NCBI GenBank assembly: GCA_034670305.1
Contig: JAXMNT010000010.1
Span: forward strand, 1 to 64,000
Source: Deltaproteobacteria bacterium
GTDB taxonomy: Bacteria > Myxococcota_A > Polyangia > Polyangiales > Houyiibacteriaceae
Length of the DNA stretch: 64,000 bases
Reading direction: 5' to 3'
Shown here one piece after another: positions 26,412 to 37,293 of this stretch (position 1 is the stretch's first letter; the number at the start of each line of letters is the position of its first letter). Position numbers and translations under genes: made by a program. Under the pieces are notes generated by a model. The model saw only the letters and a program-made list of their open reading frames with translations. It did no database searches and was not told where the DNA came from.

Positions 26412-28025
26412 TCAGCGACCGGGCGGGTCCACCGCGCGCAAACCGCTCAGAGCACGCTCGGCGCGCGCGCGAAAGTACGCGCTCTGATCGCGGCCCACCC
26501 GGGCACGCAGCGCGTCGGGGAGCGGCGCGCGTTCCGCCACGGGCACCCCGACGAAGATCGGGTTCGAGTAGACCCAGTTCACTTCGTGAATCAGCACATC
26601 GGCGGTCGCGCGGACGTACTCCCGCGCGTGCTCCGGCATCATGCGGACCTCCGCCCGGTACGCCCCCGCCTCGTCCACGACGAACTCGATGTCCCCCTCG
26701 GCCGCCATCGCCACCTCCACGCCGCCGCCTTCTTCGGATCGGATCAGATGCAGCGTGACCGTCGGTCCTGGGTTCTGCGGAAACCCGTCCGGCAAGGTCG
26801 GCCGCACCACCCGCAACGTGCTGCCGAGCGGCGCGTCTTCGCCCATCTCGAACACCGCGCCACCTTCGTTCGCCGTGAAGTCGAAGCCCATCGGCGTGCC
26901 GAAGACCTCGTGGGTCACGTAGAAGCGCCCCGCGTCGAGCGCGTCCTCGACCGCGTCCGGCTCGACCACCCCGGAGGCCGGCACATCGACCAGCAGGTGG
27001 TTGGTGATCCAGATCATCATCCGCCGGTAGCTGTCGCCGCGTTCGCCGTCGCCGAGCGGCATCGAGAGTGCGTTCTCGTGCGCGTCGCAGCCGCCGCTCC
27101 CCGCCACCCGGGTGCCTTCGGCAAGCAACGTGTCCCACTTGTCGAGGGAGACCCCTTGGCGCGACAAGAACGCGAGCACCGCCAGGTCGGGCTCGAGCCG
27201 GAACGCTGGGCGGCCGAACTTGAGCAGTTCCCCAAGGTACCCACCGTCTTCGAGCCCAAGGTGTTCCGAGCGGATGCGCGGGTCGACGTCGGCGTGGAGG
27301 TTGTAGAGCTCGATGCCGTCGACGTCGATCTCGCGGAAGAAGTCGAGCGGGTGTTCTTCGGTGTGCGCGACCCAGATCAACGCGCCGGCTTCGCGGAACA
27401 CTTCCGCCGCCGCCGCGTCGCGCCCGTCGTAGAGCGTGATCAATTCTTCCGGGGTCGACGGCGCGTCCGGATCGCCGGGATGACGCCGCAGCCCGAGTGG
27501 CATGATCGCGTTCTCGCTGCCAACGGTCACGAGCGTGCGGTGCCCGTCTTCGCAGGCGATTCGGTTCGCGAACACGCCGCCCGATTCGTCCGTCACCGGC
27601 GCGTCGCCAGGCTGGATCCACAGCGCCTCTTCCAGCGTCACCTCGTTCAGGTGCGGCGCATGGTCCGTCACCATCGCCGCGTCGATGCGAAGCGCACAGA
27701 GCGAGTCTCGGAAGTGGGCGAGGCAGGTCTCGTCCGCGAGCGCGCCGTCCACGAACCCCTCCCCGTCGCAGGCGTCGTGCGAAAGCGGCGAGTGCAGGTG
27801 GATGATCGTGCGCGCCAGCCGGCGGCCGCGGCGGTCCCCGAGCTCCGCCGTGTCGGGCAGGCGATGCGGCCAGGGCACCGTGGGCGCGTTCACGTCGATG
27901 CCGACGTCGGGCGCGTCCTCGGCGCTGGCGTCGAAACCGCCGTCGGACAGGCCGTCGTCGTCTCCTCCGCACGCGAGTAGAACCACCGCACACCCCATCC
28001 AGACCTGGCACCGACGCGTTCGCAT
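26412..28025 (-). CDS. PHP-like (CehA/McbA-type) metallohydrolase lipoprotein
   Basis: Lipobox LLAC; HLHSPLSHD, VTDH, VAH and CDAH metal-binding motifs. Confidence 0.7.
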   Translation of the reverse strand: MRTRRCQVWMGCAVVLLACGGDDDGLSDGGFDASAEDAPDVGIDVNAPTVPWPHRLPDTAELGDRRGRRLARTIIHLHSPLSHDACDGEGFVDGALADETCLAHFRDSLCALRIDAAMVTDHAPHLNEVTLEEALWIQPGDAPVTDESGGVFANRIACEDGHRTLVTVGSENAIMPLGLRRHPGDPDAPSTPEELITLYDGRDAAAAEVFREAGALIWVAHTEEHPLDFFREIDVDGIELYNLHADVDPRIRSEHLGLEDGGYLGELLKFGRPAFRLEPDLAVLAFLSRQGVSLDKWDTLLAEGTRVAGSGGCDAHENALSMPLGDGERGDSYRRMMIWITNHLLVDVPASGVVEPDAVEDALDAGRFYVTHEVFGTPMGFDFTANEGGAVFEMGEDAPLGSTLRVVRPTLPDGFPQNPGPTVTLHLIRSEEGGGVEVAMAAEGDIEFVVDEAGAYRAEVRMMPEHAREYVRATADVLIHEVNWVYSNPIFVGVPVAERAPLPDALRARVGRDQSAYFRARAERALSGLRAVDPPGR

Positions 28026-28071
28026 GGCGGCAGCATAGCGGGTTGGCCGCCACATCGAGGGATGGGCGGGA

Positions 28072-29175
28072 TTGTGCGCAAGGGCTGCAAGTCCTCGCGG
28101 GCGCGACGCCCGAAAGAACGCCCCGTGGCCCGCGCGTTATGCTCTGGTCTTGCCCACACCATCTGCCAGCGCCGCGAGTCCGGTCGCGACCCTTTCTGCG
28201 CTGCTGGAATCGCGGCGGCTCGTGCCGATCGTGGTCGTGGCCGGCGCGCTCGTGGCGACCGAGTTCTGGGCGACCCGCAACTGGGCCGCGGCTGGCGCGC
28301 TCGCGGCATTCGGAATGCTCTGCGCGTTCGGCATGCCTGTGGTCTGGCGGTGGGCATCCGCCGGAACCCTCTTGCAGGGGGCGGTCTACGTCGGCGCCTC
28401 GGTGCTGCTCGTGGCCCTGGTCGCCTGGGGCGCGCCCACCCTCTTCGGGTACACGTCTTACGTCGCACACCCCCCGGCGGCGGTGGCGATGGTGGCGCTC
28501 GTGGGCATCGCGGGCTGGATGCTCGGTCGAGACGTCGCCCTCAGCGGCGAAGTCGACGAGGCCGCGGCCCGCAACGCGTCGCTCTCGCGCGCGGCGACGG
28601 ATGCGCGGCACCTCGCGCTCCGGCAGCACCTCGACCCGCACTTCCTCTTCAACACGCTCGGGGCGATCGCCGAGTGGTGCCACGAGGACCCTGAGGTCGC
28701 GGAGCGCGCGCTGCTGGATCTCTCGGCCATGTTGCGGACTCTCTTCGTCGGCATCCAGTCCGACGAGTGGCCACTGGCCCGTGAACTGGAGGTGCTCGAG
28801 GCCGTGCACCGGTTGCATGCTCTGCGCGACGACGAACGGTACCGGCTCACGGTGGAAGGGTCGGCGCCCGACGTCGTCGTGCCGCCGCTTCTGCTCTTGC
28901 CGCTCTTCGAGAACGCGCTGACCCACGGGACGGCAGACGCCCCCACGACGCTGCGGGTGAGCGCGCACGGTTCGGAGACGGTGGTGGAGATCTGGAACGC
29001 GGGTGCGCTCGGCGCCGCACGGACGGAGAGCTCCGGCATCGACACGACCCGCGAGCGGCTCGAACTCTATTTCGGTCCCACCTGCAGTCTCTTGGTTGCG
29101 GCCGAGTCGCGCGAGGGGATCGCAGGGGTCCTCGCCAAGGTTGCGTGGCCGTTCAACGCACCGGAGCCCACGTGA
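28072..29175 (+). CDS. LytS/YehU-family sensor histidine kinase
   Basis: TM helices; LRQHLDPHFLFNTL and PPLLLLPLFENALTHG; start uncertain. Confidence 0.9.
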   Translation: MCARAASPRGRDARKNAPWPARYALVLPTPSASAASPVATLSALLESRRLVPIVVVAGALVATEFWATRNWAAAGALAAFGMLCAFGMPVVWRWASAGTLLQGAVYVGASVLLVALVAWGAPTLFGYTSYVAHPPAAVAMVALVGIAGWMLGRDVALSGEVDEAAARNASLSRAATDARHLALRQHLDPHFLFNTLGAIAEWCHEDPEVAERALLDLSAMLRTLFVGIQSDEWPLARELEVLEAVHRLHALRDDERYRLTVEGSAPDVVVPPLLLLPLFENALTHGTADAPTTLRVSAHGSETVVEIWNAGALGAARTESSGIDTTRERLELYFGPTCSLLVAAESREGIAGVLAKVAWPFNAPEPT

Positions 29176-29894
29176 TGCTTCGGGTGCTGATCGCAGACGA
29201 CGAGAAGATGGCGCGCAAACGCCTTCGGCGGCTGCTCGAAGCGCTTGGCGTCGAGGTGGTCGCCGAATGCACGGGCGGTGAAGAAGCGCTCTCGCGGCTC
29301 GACCCAGACCAAGTCGACGCGGCGTTCCTCGACATCGACATGCCCAGCGTCAACGGACTCGAAGCGGGCACCGTCGCCGCGGCGCGCGGCGTGCCCGTCG
29401 TCTTCGTCACCGCACACACCGAACATGCGGTCGGCGCGTTCGCCGCGGGCGCGGTGCACTACTTGCTCAAGCCCGTCTCAGCGACCGATCTGGCCGCCGC
29501 TGTCGCGCGGCTCACAGGCGCCCGCGCCCACGATTCCAGCGGATCGCGTCCCAGCGAAGACGCCGCGCCCGCCGGCAAACTCATCTTGCAAGCGGGCGAC
29601 GACACCGTGTTCGTCGACATCGATCGGATCTCGCACGCGCTCTACGACGGCCATCTGGTCACCGTGTTCGCTGGCGACGACTCGTGGCTCACCGAGATGT
29701 CGCTGCAGGACCTCGAGACCAAGATCGGCCGCCCCGACTTCATCCGCGTGCACCGCCGAGGCCTTCTCTGCCTGGCCCACGTGGATCGACTTCGCGCCCT
29801 GCCCTCCGGCGGCTGCATCGCACGGATGCGCGGGGGTGGCGAAGTGCCCGTGTCCCGCCAGGCGGCACGGGCGCTTCGCAAACGTCTGCGCTGA
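29172..29894 (+). CDS. LytTR-family response regulator
   Basis: Receiver (ADDE, FLDIDMP, VFVTA, YLLKP) plus LytTR domain (FIRVHR...VPVSR). Confidence 0.92.
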   Translation: MMLRVLIADDEKMARKRLRRLLEALGVEVVAECTGGEEALSRLDPDQVDAAFLDIDMPSVNGLEAGTVAAARGVPVVFVTAHTEHAVGAFAAGAVHYLLKPVSATDLAAAVARLTGARAHDSSGSRPSEDAAPAGKLILQAGDDTVFVDIDRISHALYDGHLVTVFAGDDSWLTEMSLQDLETKIGRPDFIRVHRRGLLCLAHVDRLRALPSGGCIARMRGGGEVPVSRQAARALRKRLR

Positions 29895-29896
29895 GC

Positions 29897-31486
29897 CTAC
29901 GCAGTCGCCGCTGTGGGGCGGCCCAGCTTCGCTTCGGGTCCGGGTTTCGAGCTCCGCCGCGCCGGGCGCTGCACGATCAGCGAGACGAAGACGAACCCGA
30001 GCGCGACGAACGGATCGAACAGACCGGCGGCGAGGCCCACACCCAACAGGGCCGCGCCGATGCCGAAGCGCCACCCCGACGCATGCTTCGCACGGCGCAC
30101 CGCAAGACCCGCCCGCACCGAAACGACGAGCACACCCAAGAACACCCCGAAGTACACGAAGAACGCAAACCCCACGAGCGGCGTGACCGCGCCGCCAGCG
30201 CTCGGGACCACGTCCACGCCTTCGCTGGGCTGCACGGTCAAGAAGTACGCGAGCGCGGCTTCTCCGAGCAGCGGCGCGGCCGGATGCGAGAACTCGCGCG
30301 GCAACATCAACCCGCCCCCGAGCTCGGGCCAGCTGGCCGCGATCATCTGCCCGGTGAGCACGTGCGCGTGGTCGAAGCGCCCGTTGCGACGGGCGGCGCC
30401 GAGCCCGAATGCGCTGGCCGAGGTGCCGAACCCATCGAGTACCGGACCGGCGTCGACTTCGTACGTCCACTCGCCTTCGGGTCCGCCCCGGCGGTACTCC
30501 CGAAACCCGGTCGCCCACGAACCCTCTTGCCAGAAGTCGGCTTCGTGGGCGTCGTACCAGCGCTTCGCCTCTTCGGGCCAAAGCTCCGGCGCGTAGAGCG
30601 CGATCCAGGAGTTGCCGATGCCCCGCCCGGGCTGCACCGGCGCGGGCATCGCGTCTCCATCCAGGTCGACTCGAAAACGAACCAGGCCCGTCGCGTCGTC
30701 GTAGGGCGAGACGAACGCACGCAGTGCCCGGTCGGCGAACGCGCGGTGGTCCGTCCCGAGCACCGCATCGGCGCGCCGGATGTATGCGATCGCCGCGAGC
30801 ACATCGATCGGATACGTCTCGCCCGGATAGTCCTGCAGCACCCCGTGTGGTGAGGCGTCCAGATCGTGCGCCAGCGTCTCGACCTGATCGCGCAGAAACT
30901 CGAGATCGGTACCCTCGTGGGTCAGCGCTTCGTGGCTGGTCAGCCCCGCGATCAAGAGCGACCGAAAGAAGACGTTCTCGTCGTGGAGGTAGTCGTCGCC
31001 CCAGTGGGTGCGCACCCACGTGTGGTGTCCTTCGTCCATGAGCAGGTCCCGCGCGGCGCGGATGCTGTCGTCCGCATACGAGACGTCGTGTCCGAGCGCC
31101 GCGATCGACTCGGTCGCATTCAGGAAGAACACGCACGTGAAGAGCGGCCACTCGGTCTGCGGCACATCGTGCAGGGGCACACGGGTGGCCGCGCCCGACG
31201 CGATCCGAGCGCGGGCCCAGGGCGTGAGGCGGCGGCTCAAACTCTCGTGCAGCTCGAGCGTGCGCACGGAGATGCCCGGCGCCGCGATCGCGGGGTCGTG
31301 CAGGTCGCGAGCAACCAGGAGTCCGGGGGCGAGGAACACCTCCAGGGCGAGCGCGGTGGCGACCAAGCCGGCGAGCCACACCAGGACGATGTGGGCGCGA
31401 CGAAACCGCCCAGCGGAGCGCGCGGACGTCTCAGGGACAGCGGAACGAGAGGTGGAACGCGGGGTGGGGTTGGGTGAATGGGTCAT
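29897..31486 (-). CDS. Membrane-anchored protein, possibly linalool dehydratase/isomerase-like alpha-helical barrel
   Basis: N-terminal TM, soluble domain (QDYPGETYPIDV, GFREY...DAGPV..GFG.SASAFG), C-terminal TM helices; family assignment is tentative. Confidence 0.55.
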   Translation of the reverse strand: MTHSPNPTPRSTSRSAVPETSARSAGRFRRAHIVLVWLAGLVATALALEVFLAPGLLVARDLHDPAIAAPGISVRTLELHESLSRRLTPWARARIASGAATRVPLHDVPQTEWPLFTCVFFLNATESIAALGHDVSYADDSIRAARDLLMDEGHHTWVRTHWGDDYLHDENVFFRSLLIAGLTSHEALTHEGTDLEFLRDQVETLAHDLDASPHGVLQDYPGETYPIDVLAAIAYIRRADAVLGTDHRAFADRALRAFVSPYDDATGLVRFRVDLDGDAMPAPVQPGRGIGNSWIALYAPELWPEEAKRWYDAHEADFWQEGSWATGFREYRRGGPEGEWTYEVDAGPVLDGFGTSASAFGLGAARRNGRFDHAHVLTGQMIAASWPELGGGLMLPREFSHPAAPLLGEAALAYFLTVQPSEGVDVVPSAGGAVTPLVGFAFFVYFGVFLGVLVVSVRAGLAVRRAKHASGWRFGIGAALLGVGLAAGLFDPFVALGFVFVSLIVQRPARRSSKPGPEAKLGRPTAATA

Positions 31487-31530
31487 GAACCCAACTTGGC
31501 GGCACCCTCGGCCTCCGTCCGGCAGCACTT

Positions 31531-31585
31531 CACCGAACGGTCGCCACCGATCCTCGAACGGTCGGCACGCGTGACGAACGGCCGC
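31531..31585 (-). promoter_or_regulatory. Putative LytTR binding site, three direct repeats
   Basis: CGAACGG at 31534, 31555 and 31575 (periods 21 and 20 bp), which reads CCGTTCG on the minus strand. Confidence 0.7.
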
Positions 31586-31591
31586 TGCGCT

Positions 31592-32419
31592 TCAGTCGAA
31601 GACGCTCATGACCGCCAGCCCGTGGTTCCGCACCCGCAGGTTCCCGGTCTCCTCGAACGCGGCCTCGAACAACTCGACAGCGACCTGGGGTCGCCCGCGC
31701 CGGAGCGCAAACGTGGCCTCGACTTCGGCGCCGTTCACGCCCCCCGCTTCCACGTACGCTCGGGCGGCGGCTTCACGCCGCGCCATCGGTGCCGCCTCCG
31801 CGTGAAGCGCAAGCCAGCCCCAGTAGGCCTGGAGCTCCACCTCGCCCATGCCCTCGGTCAGCTCCATGCGATGGATCGCGTTCCACCGGGCCACGTACAT
31901 GGCCCGCACCACGAAGGGCGAGGCCGTGACCTGCCCATCGGCGGACGCGCCATAGCGCTCCAGCATGCGGGGGAACGAACCGAGCCGCCCCTCTTGTTCC
32001 TCCTGATCGAGGTCCCCAGCAAGCGCCGGCGCGAGTTGCAGGATCGCCGCCGATCGCAGCGCGGCGAGACCTTCTTCGCCGAACTCGGCCCGCACTTCGG
32101 CGGTCGCCTCGACAAGCGCCCTGCCCCGTTGGTCGTAGACCTCCGCCAGTTCGCCCTCTCCCACTTCTTCGCGTCCCTGTTCGAGGAACAGTCCGACCAG
32201 TCGGTCCACCTTGGGACCCGTCGGGGCGCTTTCGGTGCGGGCCTGGTCCTGTGCGAGAACCGCCGCGGTCGCGGCGGGGTCGAGCACGAGCACAGGGAGT
32301 TCCCGCGGAAGCACGGGACGTGGCACCATCCAGGCGAGGCCCGCCCCCGCGGCGCCCAAAATCAGCAACAGCAGACGCGCACCGCTCGGTGTCACTCGCT
32401 TGACGGAACGACCGCTCAT
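31592..32419 (-). CDS. Hypothetical membrane-anchored helical protein
   Basis: ORF with an N-terminal TM and normal composition. Confidence 0.6.
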   Translation of the reverse strand: MSGRSVKRVTPSGARLLLLILGAAGAGLAWMVPRPVLPRELPVLVLDPAATAAVLAQDQARTESAPTGPKVDRLVGLFLEQGREEVGEGELAEVYDQRGRALVEATAEVRAEFGEEGLAALRSAAILQLAPALAGDLDQEEQEGRLGSFPRMLERYGASADGQVTASPFVVRAMYVARWNAIHRMELTEGMGEVELQAYWGWLALHAEAAPMARREAAARAYVEAGGVNGAEVEATFALRRGRPQVAVELFEAAFEETGNLRVRNHGLAVMSVFD

Positions 32420-32551
32420 CGGTAAGCCTCCTGACCCCGGTGGCGGCATTCTTGCTGTGCCCCCGAGAGAAGTACCCGCCTTGAATCCCCCCCTCGCCCA
32501 CCGCTCCGCGCGCTTTGTTTCCGCCGCCGCGCATCCTTGGAGGAACGCCTC

Positions 32552-32878
32552 GTGACCGGACGCCGCGTACATGAGAGATACGACTGCGACATCCCGCTCC
32601 ACGTGCAGCGGGAGGGCGAAGAAGAGTTCACCGGCGAGGTCGTCAACATCAGCCTCGGGGGCATCTACTGCCTCACCGACGTCACGATTCCGTACGGCAC
32701 AGAGGTGAAGCTACGCTTCCGCGTGCCCGCACTCAAGGAAGACGCCATTGTCGCGGCGACCGTGCGCTGGGCCAAACCGGATGGGGTGGGCTTCCAGTTC
32801 GGCAGCTTGCGCGCGATCGAGGTCTGGGCGCTGAACCAGTTCTTCAAGAACCTGACCCCGACCGCACCGCTCGAGTAG
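32552..32878 (+). CDS. PilZ-domain protein
   Basis: RRxxxR and NISLGG motifs; GGAGG SD before GTG. Confidence 0.9.
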   Translation: MTGRRVHERYDCDIPLHVQREGEEEFTGEVVNISLGGIYCLTDVTIPYGTEVKLRFRVPALKEDAIVAATVRWAKPDGVGFQFGSLRAIEVWALNQFFKNLTPTAPLE

Positions 32879-32879
32879 C

Positions 32880-35150
<2,271 letters not shown>

Positions 35151-35245
35151 GAAGGCACGGTACACCGGCGCAGGCCAGGTGTGACTGGGCACGTGCCTGG
35201 TACCGCCAGTCTGGCAAAGCGAGCCAGGCCCGTGGCGCAAGCAAA

Positions 35246-36289
35246 TCAGTCGGTGAACACGTAGAGGGCGCCTTGGTTGTAGAACGCTGCCTGGACGCTG
35301 GCGGCCGGCGGGGCGCCCGGCCGCGCGAACGGGGTGAAGCTGCTGTACGCCGCACGCTCGAAGAACTCGAAGCAGGAGCCCGCGTCGTTGAGGTGCACGT
35401 GGGTCGACGTGAGGTCGGCCGTGTACGGACCGATGCTCGTGGCGGCCGCACCGCAGAGGTCGCGGGGGCTCCCGACCGCCCACCCGTCGGCGTTGTCGAG
35501 GTCCAGCCACTCGGCGAGGATGTCGCTCCGGCTCGGCGCCAGAGGCGCCCGCCACGCATCCCCGAAGTCCGTCACCTGTCCGTCGAGCACGGCCTCACGC
35601 GTCGTGAGCGAGATGCGCCCGGTGTAGGCCACGGCCACGCCGCTGATGACCAACCCTTCCTGCCCGGGCGTCCCACCCACGTGGGCCTCTGGGATCGAAA
35701 TCGCGGCGATGAGCGGTGTGCCAGAGGCCTCCGGGAACAGGTCGTTGCGTGCGCCGCCGCCGGTCCAGCGCATCGCGGAGAGATCGAGCACATGGTAGGT
35801 CGCGTCGGTCAACGCGTACGCGACGGCCAGGGACTCGAGGTCGAACGCGGCGCGGATGGGCGTGTCCGGCGCGAAGGCACCGCCGGGGAGTGCCGTCGCG
35901 GTCCAGGCAGTGGCCCCAGAGGCGAACCGGTAGAAGCGACAAGGGCCGCCGCACGGTCCGGCGTCGACCCCCACGAAGGCATCGGTGCCGGCATCGGTGC
36001 CGGGTGCATCGGCCGCCGGCGCGTCGGTTCCAGCATCGGCCGGACCGGGGGCGTCTTCGTTGCCCGCATCCCGCGCCGGGGGCGCGTCTTCGTTCCCCGC
36101 GTCCACCCCGGGCGGCACGCAGAAGCCGTTGATGCAACGCTCGAGCCCGACGCAGTCCGCACCTCGAGAACACATCGCGAGCGTTTCGCCGCCCGCCGCA
36201 CAGCCTGCCAGGGCCACCACGCCGAAGAGCACCAGCCCTGCCGAAATACCCTCTGCCGCGATGCCAACCCGTTCCATGCGTCCCCACAT
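35246..36289 (-). CDS. Myxobacterial lipoprotein (Cys knot, DAG linker)
   Basis: Lipobox LAGC; Cys-rich module and DAG repeats; start uncertain (36289 or 36277). Confidence 0.7.
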   Translation of the reverse strand: MWGRMERVGIAAEGISAGLVLFGVVALAGCAAGGETLAMCSRGADCVGLERCINGFCVPPGVDAGNEDAPPARDAGNEDAPGPADAGTDAPAADAPGTDAGTDAFVGVDAGPCGGPCRFYRFASGATAWTATALPGGAFAPDTPIRAAFDLESLAVAYALTDATYHVLDLSAMRWTGGGARNDLFPEASGTPLIAAISIPEAHVGGTPGQEGLVISGVAVAYTGRISLTTREAVLDGQVTDFGDAWRAPLAPSRSDILAEWLDLDNADGWAVGSPRDLCGAAATSIGPYTADLTSTHVHLNDAGSCFEFFERAAYSSFTPFARPGAPPAASVQAAFYNQGALYVFTD

Positions 36290-36309
36290 GACGGGCAGTC
36301 TACCACTGG

Positions 36310-37116
36310 TCAGTTGCCTTCTTCGGCCGCGTGTTTTCTGCGTTTGACGCCGGCCCGGGCCCGGCTGCCGAGCGAGAGCAAGGACTCGACGATCGCGATG
36401 ACGATGTAGGTCGCGAGCAGCCACACGAGGGCGAACGACATGTGGTAGCGCCAGGCGACGAAGATCGTCGAGCCGATCGCGAAGAGCACGAAGAAGAGCG
36501 TGCGCCAGGACAGCTTGATGTCCTTGAACGACCGAAAGCGGATGGTGCTCACCATGAAGAACGAGAGCATGATCACCACCCCGAGGATGAGCGCGGAGGA
36601 GCCGAGCACATCGCGCGCCGCCGTCTGACGCGCCGCGGTGTTGGCGACGACCAGGGAGATCAGGATGCCGGCCGCCGCAGGAATCGGCAGCCCGAGAATG
36701 TACTTCCCAGGGGTCTTCGGAGCCCCGGTCTCGCCCATGGTCAACACGTTGAACCGGGCGAGCCGCACGGTGCCGCACGCGATGTAGGCGAAGCAGACGA
36801 GCATGCCGGCCGTGCCGTAGACGTCCAGCGACCAGCGGTACACCAGCACGGCGGGCGCCACCCCGAAGCTCACCACGTCGGCCAAGCTGTCGAGCTGTAC
36901 CCCGATCGCGCTCTGCGTCTTGGTGAGCCGGGCGACCCGGCCGTCGATCGTGTCGAAGAACATCGCGAAGATGATGAGCAGCGACGCCCGGTAGAAATCG
37001 TCCCCGCTCGCGTCCGGCAGCGTGCAGGTGAGGATCGCGTAGTACCCACACAACACGCTCGAGAGCGTGAAGAGGTTCGGAAGGATGAACAGGCTCTTGC
37101 GGAGGTCGACCCTCAC
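36310..37116 (-). CDS. pssA: CDP-diacylglycerol--serine O-phosphatidyltransferase
   Basis: LPNLFT, D..DGRVAR...G.QLDSLADVVSFGVAPA, RLARFN. Confidence 0.93.
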   Translation of the reverse strand: MRVDLRKSLFILPNLFTLSSVLCGYYAILTCTLPDASGDDFYRASLLIIFAMFFDTIDGRVARLTKTQSAIGVQLDSLADVVSFGVAPAVLVYRWSLDVYGTAGMLVCFAYIACGTVRLARFNVLTMGETGAPKTPGKYILGLPIPAAAGILISLVVANTAARQTAARDVLGSSALILGVVIMLSFFMVSTIRFRSFKDIKLSWRTLFFVLFAIGSTIFVAWRYHMSFALVWLLATYIVIAIVESLLSLGSRARAGVKRRKHAAEEGN

Positions 37117-37293
37117 CGAGCCGCCGACTTCTTGTCCGACGACGGCGCCTTCACCCTTTGGGAGGGGCGAATCGCCACGCGCGACCGTGCCGCGGTGCCC
37201 CACACACGGCTCGGGTGCGCGCCCCCTCGATCCTCCGCGTGCCTCGGTCCCATGCGCCGATTGGTGTAGGCCCCGGAGGACCCTTCCGCAAGG

